This document shows, piece by piece, positions 25,888 through 35,996 of a DNA stretch of 64,000 bases. The stretch is from positions 2,924 to 66,923 of the forward strand of contig JACRKE010000037.1 of NCBI GenBank assembly GCA_016215335.1, written 5' to 3'. Numbering within the stretch: the stretch's first letter is position 1; the number at the start of each line of letters is the position of its first letter. The notes beneath the pieces are model-generated. The model had not been told where the DNA came from. It did not search any database and saw nothing but the letters and a program-made list of their open reading frames with translations. The translations under genes were made by a program, and so were the position numbers. Source of the DNA: Candidatus Vogelbacteria bacterium (GTDB lineage Bacteria > Patescibacteriota > Minisyncoccia > Phycocordibacterales > JACRKE01).

Positions 25888-28347
25888 ATGAATCTCTTGA
25901 ACTCAAAATACAGGAGACTCACCATTGCAATAATCGCGCTTACACTTGTGGCATCTTTTTTCTATCTGCCTGTCCAAAATTATGGAAAGCTTTCTTTGGC
26001 GGGAGCGAACACAGCATATGCCGAAGGAGTGAAAGAAGCGGTGGAAACATTCACTGCGACAGTCTCAAAATTCACTTCGTACCTTAGTAATCCAGACAAA
26101 ATTCTTGACCTTTTGGCTGATTTGGCAAATTCCTTCTTTTCAGCTGTAGATTGGATCTTTTCTTGGGTAATAATAGTGGCCTCTGCAATTTTTGAAACAG
26201 TGGTTTATCAGTTTGTAATAAAACTTAGTACGTATTTTCAGAAAGGCGAGTTCGTGGAAAAAATATGGATCCAACTCCGTAACTTCAGTAATATTTTCTT
26301 TATATTTATCCTGTTATATATAGGCATAATGACTATAATACAGCCTATTACCAAGCAAACTTTCGACTGGGGCAAAAGAACCATAGCAGTAATAATCGCC
26401 GCCCTACTGATCAACTTCAGTCTGCCTCTCACAAAGACCGTTGTCGACATTTCGAACATTGTCGCTTATCAGTTCTACAGCAAAATGAAGAGCGAACCCG
26501 ACAAGCCGATAGGCGTGTCATTTAACCTTGAAAAATTGAGGAACGTCGACTTGAGAAAAGAGTTTATGGTCTGGAGCGTGATTGAAGCCAGAGAAGAAGT
26601 GTCAAAAAAGCTAAAAAGTCTTGTGTCTGGGAAAGGTTTGGCGGCGGGACTGAATGCCGGTGTAACCATACTTAATATTCTACTCATTGCTGTTATGGCC
26701 TACGGCATAGTATACGGGGCCTTCATAATTCTAGTTCGTTTTATCGCCGTAGTAGTGCTTGTGGCTGTGTCGCCCCTGCCCTTTCTCTTGTGGCACTTCA
26801 GACCGACACAACCGTATGCCCATATGTATATAAGAGAACTGATCGCCTCGTGTGCCGTACTGCCAGTCTTTATGGCCTGTCTTTATATAGCGCTCTTTAC
26901 TGCGAAAGAATTGCCGAGATTACTGGGCACAGGATCGGGAACGGCAGGAGCGTCAACCGGAGCGACCGGATCATTCCTGGGGACCGCTGCCTACGCCGCG
27001 GGTGCTGACGGAAGTGGTGCGAGCATAGCGATGCTAATGATAGGCTATCTTGTACCAGCAGCCATGGTAATAGGCGCAACCATAATAGCCAAACAAGTTG
27101 GTGGAAGTGTCGGCAGTATGGCGGAAGCCGCAACTAAAAAAGTGGCGGCTTACGGAACACTTGGAATTGGTGCTTACGCTGGCTCAAGAGTGGGAGGAGC
27201 GATGTTAAATAATCGTTTAGGAAATTGGGTAGACCAAAAAACCGGCGGAAGAATTACTCAATTTTCTACAAAAGCAGCAGCCATCACAAACTCCGGCCTT
27301 GCAATGGCAGGAGTAGCGCCTCTAGCTTCCACAACTGCACAAAGATTAGAGGCTAAAGAAACATCAGACAAGGCTAAAGAAAAAACAAGAGTGGATACAA
27401 GAGTTGCGGCTCTGAAAAATATGGTCAAAGCTCAGGGGCTAGAGGACAAAGGCAGAGAAGCGGAACACGCAAAGGTTATAGACTCTTTGAAAGACAAAGA
27501 AGTACAAAAAGCGTACTACAAGTCACTTGATCCTAAACAACAAAAAGCCGTGGAGGGCAGTTTGTCGCCAACAACCAAGAGTAATTTGATATCGCTCAGA
27601 AGCGCGCAGGTGAAGGATAATCCTAAGGAAATTGCAGACCACCTAAACGGCCTCAAGGGGGACGATCTAATAGAATTCTACACCGATCCAACCAAGATGA
27701 AAGACTACCAGAAACAGCAGGTAGAGAAACTACTAAGCCCTGAAACCAAGAAGGCACTCGACAGTACCCTCACCTTCAACCAAAGGAAACTTGGAAAAAT
27801 GGCGGAACTCGAGGGGAACATCGCTGGCCAAATGGCGTATTTGAAAAACACCCTCGCGAGTAACCCGACAGACCAAGAGCTATTCTTCACAAGTCTCTCG
27901 AATGAAGATGCGGCAAGTTTACTCAATCAGTTGGAAGCAAGTGGAACAGGCGGAAAAGCTCTTGCCTTGAATCTAAAGAACTCTTTAAGCAAATCGGCCA
28001 AAGGAAACGTTGGAAAAGAAGCGACAAAGATAGCAGCCGCACAGGACACAACAAGAAATTTGACAACAGCCAACAATTCTTCAGCCGCTCCTTCTGATAT
28101 TAAAAATTCGCTCCAGTGGCTATCTGAGAATTCCAAAGACAAATTATTGAAAGGGAATATGCTTTCTAAACCACACGTACTTCCACACATTAGCGTAGAA
28201 TTACTGAGAGACTTGTCCGAGATGACAGTCCAAAGAAAAGCTGTTGTTAATAATCTGATCCAGAGTGCTAAGAATCCGGGATATGCTGGCCCAATGCCAA
28301 CTTCTGACGTTCTTGATTTCGTAATGGATCATCCAGAATGGAAATAA
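25888..28347 (+). CDS. VirB6/TrbL-like polytopic T4SS membrane protein with long C-terminal extension
   Basis: WIQLRNFSNIFFIFILLYIG, IIAALLINFSLPLTKTVVDISN, VRFIAVVVLVAVSPL; upstream of prgI and virB4. Confidence 0.75.
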   Translation: MNLLNSKYRRLTIAIIALTLVASFFYLPVQNYGKLSLAGANTAYAEGVKEAVETFTATVSKFTSYLSNPDKILDLLADLANSFFSAVDWIFSWVIIVASAIFETVVYQFVIKLSTYFQKGEFVEKIWIQLRNFSNIFFIFILLYIGIMTIIQPITKQTFDWGKRTIAVIIAALLINFSLPLTKTVVDISNIVAYQFYSKMKSEPDKPIGVSFNLEKLRNVDLRKEFMVWSVIEAREEVSKKLKSLVSGKGLAAGLNAGVTILNILLIAVMAYGIVYGAFIILVRFIAVVVLVAVSPLPFLLWHFRPTQPYAHMYIRELIASCAVLPVFMACLYIALFTAKELPRLLGTGSGTAGASTGATGSFLGTAAYAAGADGSGASIAMLMIGYLVPAAMVIGATIIAKQVGGSVGSMAEAATKKVAAYGTLGIGAYAGSRVGGAMLNNRLGNWVDQKTGGRITQFSTKAAAITNSGLAMAGVAPLASTTAQRLEAKETSDKAKEKTRVDTRVAALKNMVKAQGLEDKGREAEHAKVIDSLKDKEVQKAYYKSLDPKQQKAVEGSLSPTTKSNLISLRSAQVKDNPKEIADHLNGLKGDDLIEFYTDPTKMKDYQKQQVEKLLSPETKKALDSTLTFNQRKLGKMAELEGNIAGQMAYLKNTLASNPTDQELFFTSLSNEDAASLLNQLEASGTGGKALALNLKNSLSKSAKGNVGKEATKIAAAQDTTRNLTTANNSSAAPSDIKNSLQWLSENSKDKLLKGNMLSKPHVLPHISVELLRDLSEMTVQRKAVVNNLIQSAKNPGYAGPMPTSDVLDFVMDHPEWK

Positions 28348-28366
28348 ATCATAAATATACAACATC

Positions 28367-28975
28367 ATGCAAAACTTAAACATAAACGACTACTCAAGTA
28401 GACTGACCAATCTTCCACCAAAACTGAAGCAGGCGATTTTGTCTGCCGATACACAATCGGCCATCGAAAACATTCACCAAAAGTACAAGCTTCATATTGA
28501 CAAACTAGGGAACCTTGAAGACATTACTCTCGATGTGCTGTACGGGGTGATAAAGCCCCAGGAGTATGTAGACAAGCTGGAATCAACACTTGGGATTGAT
28601 CGGGCTACAGCGGCGGGAATAACGGTCGACATGAACAACTCCCTCTTCCAGCCACTTCGAGACTCACTCATGGAGATTGGCACACCGAGTAATCACGTTG
28701 AATCTGATAGGACTTCCATTTTAAATGAAATACAGAATCCCACACCCACACCCATATCCGGAAGAGTAGTAATTGATTCAATGGGGGAGCCTGAAATTAG
28801 TGCGGCCCAGAGTCAAGAGTTAGGAGTTAGGAGCCAAGAATTAGAATCCGAATCCCAACTACCAACTACTGAACCCAAAGCATTCAACTCTATAGCGGAG
28901 GAGAAGCTTGCAGGCCCAGTAGTGGCAGAAAAAATAGAGACAAGGGTTGATCCGTATTTGGAAGCGCTGAATTAG
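28367..28975 (+). CDS. Conserved-looking hypothetical protein of the T4SS cluster
   Basis: LPPKLKQAI..KYKLHIDKLG..DVLYG..FQPLRDSL, C-terminal DPYLE; heptamer insertion at 28808-28870. Confidence 0.75.
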   Translation: MQNLNINDYSSRLTNLPPKLKQAILSADTQSAIENIHQKYKLHIDKLGNLEDITLDVLYGVIKPQEYVDKLESTLGIDRATAAGITVDMNNSLFQPLRDSLMEIGTPSNHVESDRTSILNEIQNPTPTPISGRVVIDSMGEPEISAAQSQELGVRSQELESESQLPTTEPKAFNSIAEEKLAGPVVAEKIETRVDPYLEALN

Positions 28976-29003
28976 GTTGTAGGTGGTAGGTTATAGGTTG
29001 TAG
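28973..29003. repeat. Heptamer array beginning at a TAG stop
   Basis: taggttg taggtgg taggtta taggttg tag. Confidence 0.8.
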
Positions 29004-29076
29004 AACATACGGGCACATCAATACACAAGAGCAAACACAGTGAGCGTAGTATAATAAAATCAATCTTAGATTTAAA

Positions 29077-29484
29077 ATGCAATTTCAAGTTCCACAATTC
29101 ATCGAAGTAGAGGACAAAATAGTCGGGCCTTTTACTTTTAAACAACTGATTTTTATGATCGGCGGTCTTGGCGGAATCTATATTCTCAAAAAAATTCTGC
29201 CCGCCATGCTTGCGTATCCGCTCATGCTCGCGCTCGGAGTGTTCACGTGGGCTCTCATTTTTTACAAATACAATGACAGGCCTTTTATTCTAGCTCTTCA
29301 ATCTTGGATAAAATACGAACTTTCCGCCAAATTGTATCTGTGGAACAAGCATCCGAAACCGATTACAACCAAAGACCCAAAGAAGCCCGGTGCCGCAATA
29401 CCAACCACAATGGCACCTACAGTATCGCAGAACAAATTAAAAGAGCTGTCATGGAGTTTAGACATTCAAGATAGTGTGAAGTGA
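29077..29484 (+). CDS. PrgI-family (VirB3-like) membrane protein
   Basis: MQFQVPQFIEVEDKIVGPFTFKQ, two TMs, YNDRPF. Confidence 0.88.
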   Translation: MQFQVPQFIEVEDKIVGPFTFKQLIFMIGGLGGIYILKKILPAMLAYPLMLALGVFTWALIFYKYNDRPFILALQSWIKYELSAKLYLWNKHPKPITTKDPKKPGAAIPTTMAPTVSQNKLKELSWSLDIQDSVK

Positions 29485-29485
29485 T

Positions 29486-29561
29486 TACGAATACAGATTT
29501 ATGATTTAGGAATAAATGTACAGCTCTTAAATCTTAAATCTAATCTCCTAAATCCACCTAA
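29486..29561. repeat. Heptamer two-armed element (TAAGATT / AATCTTA type)
   Basis: tacgaa tacagatt tatgatt taggaat .. tcttaaa tcttaaa tctaatc tcctaaa. Confidence 0.6.
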
Positions 29562-29566
29562 AACAA

Positions 29567-30223
29567 ATGGCCGACGCAAAACAAACGAGATTAACGCAGG
29601 ATTTTGTACCTATCGAGGAGGTGCGTGATGGAATTGCCTTGCTCAAAGACGGTACAATGTGCCTTATATTGATGGCATCCTCACTCAACTTCGCCCTCAA
29701 GTCTTCAGACGAGCAGCAAGCGATCCTGCTCCAATTCCAAAACTTTTTAAACTCTCTTGACTTCAGCGTGCAATTTTACGTTCAGTCAAGAAAACTCGAC
29801 ATCAGACCATATTTAGCGACTCTTGAGGATCGTTTGGCTCTGCAGACCAACGACCTTATCAAGATTCAGATTAAGGAATACATTGGATTTATTAAAAACT
29901 TCACCGAAAACACAAGTATCATGACCAAAAGTTTTTTCTTGGTTATTCCGTATACGCCTGCCATGCTCAACGTAAAACAAAGCAAAGGCATACTGTCACA
30001 GTTCTTCGGAAAAGGTTCGACTAAAGAACAGGACGATCTGAAAAAGTTAACCTTCGAGGAGAACCGTACACAACTTGAACAAAGAGCGAGCGTGGTAGAA
30101 CAGGGACTCGCGAGAACAGGAGTGAGGACCATCCCTCTCGGCACAGAGGAGCTCGTGGAACTTTATTACAAAATATTCAATCCTGGCGAACTCGAGAAGC
30201 CGATCGCCAACAGAATACAATAA
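29567..30223 (+). CDS. T4SS accessory protein resembling the VirB4/TraE N-terminal region
   Basis: TQDFVPIEEVRDG, SSLNFALKSSDEQQAI..FQNFLNSLDFSVQ; located between prgI and virB4. Confidence 0.75.
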   Translation: MADAKQTRLTQDFVPIEEVRDGIALLKDGTMCLILMASSLNFALKSSDEQQAILLQFQNFLNSLDFSVQFYVQSRKLDIRPYLATLEDRLALQTNDLIKIQIKEYIGFIKNFTENTSIMTKSFFLVIPYTPAMLNVKQSKGILSQFFGKGSTKEQDDLKKLTFEENRTQLEQRASVVEQGLARTGVRTIPLGTEELVELYYKIFNPGELEKPIANRIQ

Positions 30224-30227
30224 ACAT

Positions 30228-32084
30228 ATGGCACTATTCGGATTCTTGGGCAAAAAAAATACAGAGAGCGAAAAAGCAAGCGAGCCGACGACCGCGCCTA
30301 TTCTCCCGCAGCAGATTTATGAGGCGGGCCTGCTTGATCTTAAAGACGTCATCGCTCCTTCCGCTCTCAAAATCACGCCTCAAGAGCTCAATTTGGGAGA
30401 GAAAATCGCCAGAACATTTTTCGTAATTTCATACCCGAGGTTTCTTTCTGAAAATTGGTTCTCGCCAATTATCAACTTAGACAAAATTTTCGACGTATCC
30501 ATTCTGGTACACCCCATAGACACGGCTGATGTCTTGCACAAACTGCAGAAAAAGGTGGCGCAAGTGGAAAGCCAGATAGCCCTAAGAGCAGAGAAAGGTA
30601 TGGTCCGGGATCCTGTTCTTGATGTCGCCTTTCAAGACATCGAACAGTTGCGAGATCAGCTCCAGCAATCGAGAGAGCATATTTTCGATGTCGGTCTTTA
30701 CATCACAATTTACGCAGACACAATAGAAGAGCTAAACAAAACCGAGTCCGAGGTTAAATCTATCCTCGAGGCCAAATTAGTCTACATCAAGCCCGCGCTC
30801 TTCCAGCAAGAAGAAGGCTTCTCGACCGTAATGCCAATTGCAACCGACAAACTATCAGTAAACTCAAAGCTTAATTCATCACCGCTCTCAAGTCTTTTTC
30901 CATTCATCTCATTCGACTTGTCTTCTGATAAAGGTATTCTTTACGGCATCAACAGGCACAACTCGGGTCTTGTTTTATTTGACAGATTCTCTTTGGAGAA
31001 TTATAACTCGGTCGTATTCGCTAAGGCTGGATCGGGTAAGAGCTATCTCACAAAACTCGAGATTCTCCGCACACTAATGTTCGATACGGACGTCATTGTT
31101 ATAGATCCAGAGCGCGAGTACGAATACTTAGCCGAAGCTGCGGGTGGACGTTACTTTAACATTTCACTTACTTCAGAAAACCATATAAATCCGTTTGATC
31201 TACCTCCTGTGGGAGAAGGGGAAACTGCTGCTGACGTGCTTCGTTCAAACATTATTAACCTTGTTGGACTATTTCGTCTCATGCTTGGAGGGCTCACTCC
31301 GGAAGAAGATTCTATTATTGACTCTGCTGTTACTGAAACCTACGCCTTAAAAGACATCACTCCGGAAGCCGATTTCACAGGCAAAGAACCTCCGCTCCTT
31401 TCTGATATGGAACTTGTGCTTGCCGGCATGGAAGGAGGAGCGTCGCTCGCACAAAGAATGCTCAAGTATACTCAAGGTACGTGGGCGGGATTCATTAATC
31501 GCCCAACAAACGTAGACATCAACAAAAAGTTCGTAGTGTTTTCTATCCGCGATATGGAAGAAGAACTGAAGCCGGTCGCAATGTACATAGTCATGCACAA
31601 TATCTGGAACTCTGTGCGCAAAGAGCTGAAGAAGAGACTGCTTGTGGTGGACGAGGCGTGGTTTATGATGAAATCGCAAGATACCGCGTCCTTCCTATAC
31701 GGACTTGCCAAACGAGGCCGTAAATATTTCCTCGGGGTGGCTACGATCACCCAAGACGTGGAAGACTTCCTTAAATCTCCTTACGGAATTCCAATCATTA
31801 CGAACTCTTCTATTCAGGTGTTAATGAAGCAATCACCGGCATCCATTGATATTGTTCAGAAGACATTCAACCTGACAGAGGAGGAGAAATATCTGCTCCT
31901 TGAATCGGCGGTCGGAGAGGGGATCTTCTTCGCTGGGATGAAGCATGTGGCGATCAAAGTTATCGCGTCATACACCGAAGACCAGATCATTACGTCGGAC
32001 CCATCACAACTCCTGTCGATAAGAAAAGCGAAAGCTGAGTTGAAGATGGTGGAGGGTGAAGTCGGGCAGGGAACCGTAAATTAG
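30228..32084 (+). CDS. virB4: VirB4-like type IV secretion ATPase
   Basis: NYNSVVFAKAGSGKS Walker A, VIDPEREY, INPFD, LLVVDEAW Walker B, KRGRKY..TITQDVEDF. Confidence 0.9.
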   Translation: MALFGFLGKKNTESEKASEPTTAPILPQQIYEAGLLDLKDVIAPSALKITPQELNLGEKIARTFFVISYPRFLSENWFSPIINLDKIFDVSILVHPIDTADVLHKLQKKVAQVESQIALRAEKGMVRDPVLDVAFQDIEQLRDQLQQSREHIFDVGLYITIYADTIEELNKTESEVKSILEAKLVYIKPALFQQEEGFSTVMPIATDKLSVNSKLNSSPLSSLFPFISFDLSSDKGILYGINRHNSGLVLFDRFSLENYNSVVFAKAGSGKSYLTKLEILRTLMFDTDVIVIDPEREYEYLAEAAGGRYFNISLTSENHINPFDLPPVGEGETAADVLRSNIINLVGLFRLMLGGLTPEEDSIIDSAVTETYALKDITPEADFTGKEPPLLSDMELVLAGMEGGASLAQRMLKYTQGTWAGFINRPTNVDINKKFVVFSIRDMEEELKPVAMYIVMHNIWNSVRKELKKRLLVVDEAWFMMKSQDTASFLYGLAKRGRKYFLGVATITQDVEDFLKSPYGIPIITNSSIQVLMKQSPASIDIVQKTFNLTEEEKYLLLESAVGEGIFFAGMKHVAIKVIASYTEDQIITSDPSQLLSIRKAKAELKMVEGEVGQGTVN

Positions 32085-32102
32085 GGGGACAGAAAATACA
32101 CA

Positions 32103-32179
32103 TTGGAAACTTGAAACTGGAAGTTAGAAACTGGAATGGTACATTATTCAAGTTTCCATATTCCAGTTACCAGATTCTA
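32103..32179. repeat. Heptamer element with conserved core (copy 1 of 3)
   Basis: tggaaac ttgaaac tggaagt tagaaac tggaatggtacattattcaag tttccat attccag ttaccag attcta. Confidence 0.8.
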
Positions 32180-32188
32180 AACAAAAAA

Positions 32189-32626
32189 ATGGCGAGCCAA
32201 GAGTCCGTAAAACTAGAGAAAAGAATCGAGGTCAGGTGGCCTCTTGTTTTCCTCGCCGCAATTATTTTCGATGGGATAAAGCTTTTACTGCTCGCCCTAG
32301 ATTTGATCGGCTTGCTTGGAGCGGGGTCAGCGGTGAACAGTATTTTGAGCTCAATTTCGGGCTGGATTATTTGGACTCTTTTGAAGTCGGGAGGCGCTCC
32401 AAATCCATGGAAAGATATCCAGAGTTCATTCATTTCAGGCATAATCCCGTTCTGGCACTACATAGGCCAATCGTGGATTGTGAGAAGCGCAAGGCTTCTC
32501 AAGAAATACAAGAAAATGAATGCCGAGTTTGATAAAAAGCGAGCGGAAGAGCTGAACAATCTTATAGCAGAGATAAACAGAGAATCTGCAGAAGCCTTGA
32601 GTTCACCTGAACCCCAAATAGCATAA
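32189..32626 (+). CDS. Small membrane protein of the T4SS cluster
   Basis: Likely ATG 32189 (the upstream part of the ORF is repeat); 2-3 hydrophobic segments and a basic coiled tail. Confidence 0.65.
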   Translation: MASQESVKLEKRIEVRWPLVFLAAIIFDGIKLLLLALDLIGLLGAGSAVNSILSSISGWIIWTLLKSGGAPNPWKDIQSSFISGIIPFWHYIGQSWIVRSARLLKKYKKMNAEFDKKRAEELNNLIAEINRESAEALSSPEPQIA

Positions 32627-32628
32627 CC

Positions 32629-33657
32629 ATGTTTCAAATTCAAAACCTAAAAAAATATCTGCCCGGAATATTACTTATAGCGGTGATATTGTTTGCCCTT
32701 CCGGAAAACAGTTGGGCGATAACACAATATTCAATCAAAGGAGATGTTTCCGTGGAAGCAGTACCCGAAAATCCCATTCCAAATTCAAGCGTTAAATTCA
32801 GCGTTACAGACGGTTCAACCGAGTACGAAAATTCAATATACCAGTGGACGCTCGATGGAAAAACTATCCTGAAGGGGCTCGGCCAGAAATCAGTGACTTT
32901 TGCCACCGGACGAGCGGGCAAAGTCATGCAACTTTCGCTCGAACTGCTGACCCCGAGGGGAGAGCTCGTGCAAAAAAAGTTCAGTATAAATCCCGCAAGC
33001 GTTTCAATTGTTTGGGAGACAGATAGTTACACTCCGGACTTCTACGACGGCAAGCCGTTGCCGACGGAAGGTTCCAACGTGCGTTTTATCGCTGTGCCCG
33101 AAATGTACGAGCCGAACGGCAGAAAACTCACGCCAAGCGAACTATACTTTGAATGGAGTCATGAATTCGAAAAAGATTCAGCCATGTCAGGCTACAACAA
33201 AGATGTTTACCCCTACGAGTTTTTAAACACTCTGCGTGAAGATAATTTCTCGGTCAGAGTGAGGAACTTGGATGGCAGTATCGTGGCCGATACCGCGACA
33301 TATCTTGAAGCCATAGATCCGGAAATGTACTTCTACGAGGACAGTCCTCTCCGCGGCACTATATTCAGTAGAGCGGTGAGCGGGGAGTACAATATGGGTT
33401 CGCGAGAAATTACACTCCGCGCAGAACCATATTTTCTGCCGCTCGATAACAAGAGCAGATTGGTGAATGGAATCTTCGACTGGGAGATCGACGGCAAGTT
33501 AGCCACTCCAAGCTCTGGAGACAGGTCTGCGATTACTCTCAGACAAGACAAGGCGGGCAGTGGTAGTGCTGATCTCTCGGCCAAAGTGACAACGGGAACA
33601 GTCGACGTGTCGGCAAATCTTACTGTAAACTTCAGCAAGGGAAGCGTTAGATTTTGA
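32629..33657 (+). CDS. Exported beta-sandwich (Ig/PKD-like) protein
   Basis: Signal peptide; YQWTLDGK, ASVSIVWETDSYTPDFYDGKPLP, FDWEIDGK. Confidence 0.75.
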   Translation: MFQIQNLKKYLPGILLIAVILFALPENSWAITQYSIKGDVSVEAVPENPIPNSSVKFSVTDGSTEYENSIYQWTLDGKTILKGLGQKSVTFATGRAGKVMQLSLELLTPRGELVQKKFSINPASVSIVWETDSYTPDFYDGKPLPTEGSNVRFIAVPEMYEPNGRKLTPSELYFEWSHEFEKDSAMSGYNKDVYPYEFLNTLREDNFSVRVRNLDGSIVADTATYLEAIDPEMYFYEDSPLRGTIFSRAVSGEYNMGSREITLRAEPYFLPLDNKSRLVNGIFDWEIDGKLATPSSGDRSAITLRQDKAGSGSADLSAKVTTGTVDVSANLTVNFSKGSVRF

Positions 33658-34565
33658 TCTATATGAACAGCAAAAAACATCTAAAAATTACAGGACTTAT
33701 AGTGATATTACTCTTTTCTCTTTCTATTTTTACTACAAGCTCATACGCGCTTCAGAACCCGGAAGGTCTCTCCGACAGCTCGGGCAATTCAGGAGCAAAT
33801 CTCCTCGAACCGAGCGTCGAAACAGTGCTTGGCTTCAGCTTTAATAGTTCTTTTGAATCTTTCGCTCTCAAAACATACCAGTGGCTTTTCTGGCTTGCGG
33901 AACTGCTGGCGGTCATAATGCTCGCAATGTATGGCATAGCCTATGTTTGGGGCGCTTTTGGCAGTGAGGCACTAATCAATGAATATAGAGGATACATTAA
34001 AGACATTTTAATCGGCGGCACAATACTGCTTTTAAGCTATCTCATACTAAATACAATCAATCCCAAACTTCTAACAAGTAAACTTTCCATTGAATGCATA
34101 GCAGCGAACGGCTGCAAGGGAATGACGGGGGGTGGGGGAAATAATGATGATTTGAATGTTGCGAGAGACACAACAGAGGCTAATCCGCCACAACGTTTTG
34201 TTCCACCAGTAGACAGAGGGACCGGAGATTTAATTACTGCAATGCGAACAAGTGGTATAGCGGTGAATGGAGACGTAACAAACATAACAAGTACGACAGT
34301 AGGAGGACTTAACGTATTGAACGGAGATATTACAGGAGATTTAACTGACTCGCGAGTCACTGGCACAACTCTCGATTATCGTGGGTTTGTCATCGGGGCT
34401 GACGGAAACCAAACAGTTATTTTAGCCCCGACAGAGAGATTAAATCTTTACTATAACACCTTGCCACGTTCGGGAATCACCGACTCTAGAAGTACTCCCC
34501 ACGGACTGCTTACATTTGATGAAACAAGTGGAAACTACGAATATCGTAATTCTCCAAGATTTTAA
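33654..34565 (+). CDS. VirB2/TrbC-like pilin-domain protein with C-terminal extension (likely ATG 33663)
   Basis: Signal, two TMs, LAVIMLAMYGIAY..IKDILIGGTILLLSYLILNTINPKLL. Confidence 0.7.
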   Translation: MIYMNSKKHLKITGLIVILLFSLSIFTTSSYALQNPEGLSDSSGNSGANLLEPSVETVLGFSFNSSFESFALKTYQWLFWLAELLAVIMLAMYGIAYVWGAFGSEALINEYRGYIKDILIGGTILLLSYLILNTINPKLLTSKLSIECIAANGCKGMTGGGGNNDDLNVARDTTEANPPQRFVPPVDRGTGDLITAMRTSGIAVNGDVTNITSTTVGGLNVLNGDITGDLTDSRVTGTTLDYRGFVIGADGNQTVILAPTERLNLYYNTLPRSGITDSRSTPHGLLTFDETSGNYEYRNSPRF

Positions 34566-34579
34566 CTACCCTGCATTCC

Positions 34580-35905
34580 ATGACCTACAAAAGTTTAATT
34601 ATTATAGTTCTAATCTTCCTCTCCATCGGAGCTGGGGCTGGTTGGTATTTCTTTCGGCCCGCCGCGCCGGCTCCGGACGGCGCGGCGGGTGATGCTGTTT
34701 CTGACACAGGCTATTTTCCATCCACGGGTAACTCTTCCGGCGATTCGTCGGGCAAAGGCTCGGGAGGAGCCACAATAATTAAACCTTCGGATCAGGCGGA
34801 CGGGGGTGATAATCTTAACGCAAATGTGAATGTAAATGTGCCGGTTATGCGCCAACTGGTATCGTCACCAGTTTCTGGAGCCACGATACTTACTCACGGG
34901 AGTTCAACATACGTAAGATACATCGAACAAAATACGGGACATATGAGTGAGATCGCTGCGACCGAAAAAGTCTCGAACAAAATCACAAACACAACTATTC
35001 CAAAGACTTACAAAATATTCTGGGGGCCTAAGGGAACTGCCGTCGTTGCAAAGATGTTTGGAGATGAAGGACGCATGAACATTTTGTTCGCCACAACCAC
35101 AATACCTCTTAAGGCCACCACCACGGAAGAAACCTATCGGACATTCACACCGGACTTCGGCTCTTCTATCGGAACACTAGATGGTCTTCTTCTCCCATCG
35201 ATAATAAAAAGTATCGCAGTCTCGCCGGACTCAAACAAACTTTTTTTCCTACTCAAAACCGAAAGCGGGACTGTGGGGGTAATTTCGAATTTCAAAGATG
35301 CCGTTTCAGCTAAAGCACAGATACCCATATTCCAGTCCAGATTGTCAGAGTGGCTTTCGGATTGGCCGGGGAGTGACATTATATTACTCAATTCAAGGCC
35401 GTCTTCAGGAATAACAGGCCTGACTTATTTATTAAACGCGAAAACCAAAAGAACCGAAAAAATTCTTGAAGGCATGGGTCTCACCGCAAAAGCAAGTCCG
35501 GATACCAAGAAGGTAATATTTGCCACCGGCGAGGGAAGCGGACTAAAAACTTTTCTCTATAACATCAATACAAACAAGAAGTTGGCATTTCCACTTCAAA
35601 CCTTGCCGGAAAAATGCACTTTTAGTTTCGACTCGCGTTATGCGTATTGTGGCGTACCCGCACAATTGCCTCTGGGAGAATACCCTGATGACTGGTACAA
35701 AGGCAAAATTCAGTTCAATGACGCAATATGGAAAGTGGACCTGGACAATTTAATCTCCACCGTAATTTCTCCTACCAACACATCACGTACAAGCAGAATT
35801 ATAGACGCAATAGAGTTGAAAACAGATCAAACAGGCGATCTGCTTATCTTTAAGAACAAAATAGATGACACGCTGTGGGCACTCACGCTGGAAACTGGAA
35901 GATAG
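34580..35905 (+). CDS. Membrane-anchored beta-propeller (TolB-like repeats)
   Basis: N-terminal TM; AVSPDSNKLFF, ASPDTKKVIF, TLPEKC..YCGVP..PDDWYKG. Confidence 0.7.
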   Translation: MTYKSLIIIVLIFLSIGAGAGWYFFRPAAPAPDGAAGDAVSDTGYFPSTGNSSGDSSGKGSGGATIIKPSDQADGGDNLNANVNVNVPVMRQLVSSPVSGATILTHGSSTYVRYIEQNTGHMSEIAATEKVSNKITNTTIPKTYKIFWGPKGTAVVAKMFGDEGRMNILFATTTIPLKATTTEETYRTFTPDFGSSIGTLDGLLLPSIIKSIAVSPDSNKLFFLLKTESGTVGVISNFKDAVSAKAQIPIFQSRLSEWLSDWPGSDIILLNSRPSSGITGLTYLLNAKTKRTEKILEGMGLTAKASPDTKKVIFATGEGSGLKTFLYNINTNKKLAFPLQTLPEKCTFSFDSRYAYCGVPAQLPLGEYPDDWYKGKIQFNDAIWKVDLDNLISTVISPTNTSRTSRIIDAIELKTDQTGDLLIFKNKIDDTLWALTLETGR

Positions 35906-35948
35906 AAACTAGAATGGCGCATTATTCTAGACTACAGATTCAAGTCTA
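35889..35948. repeat. Heptamer element with conserved core (copy 2 of 3)
   Basis: tggaaac tggaaga tagaaac tagaatggcgcattattctag actacag attcaag tcta; contains the upstream gene's TAG. Confidence 0.8.
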
Positions 35949-35996
35949 TGGCTCGTTCGGCTAGTTCAACCAATCAATTCGTGCTAACATTTGGCT

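Noticed and set aside
7669-35905. Integrative conjugative element
   Set aside because: No integrase, relaxase or att repeats visible; interleaved with pcrA and rsmA and adjacent to oriC
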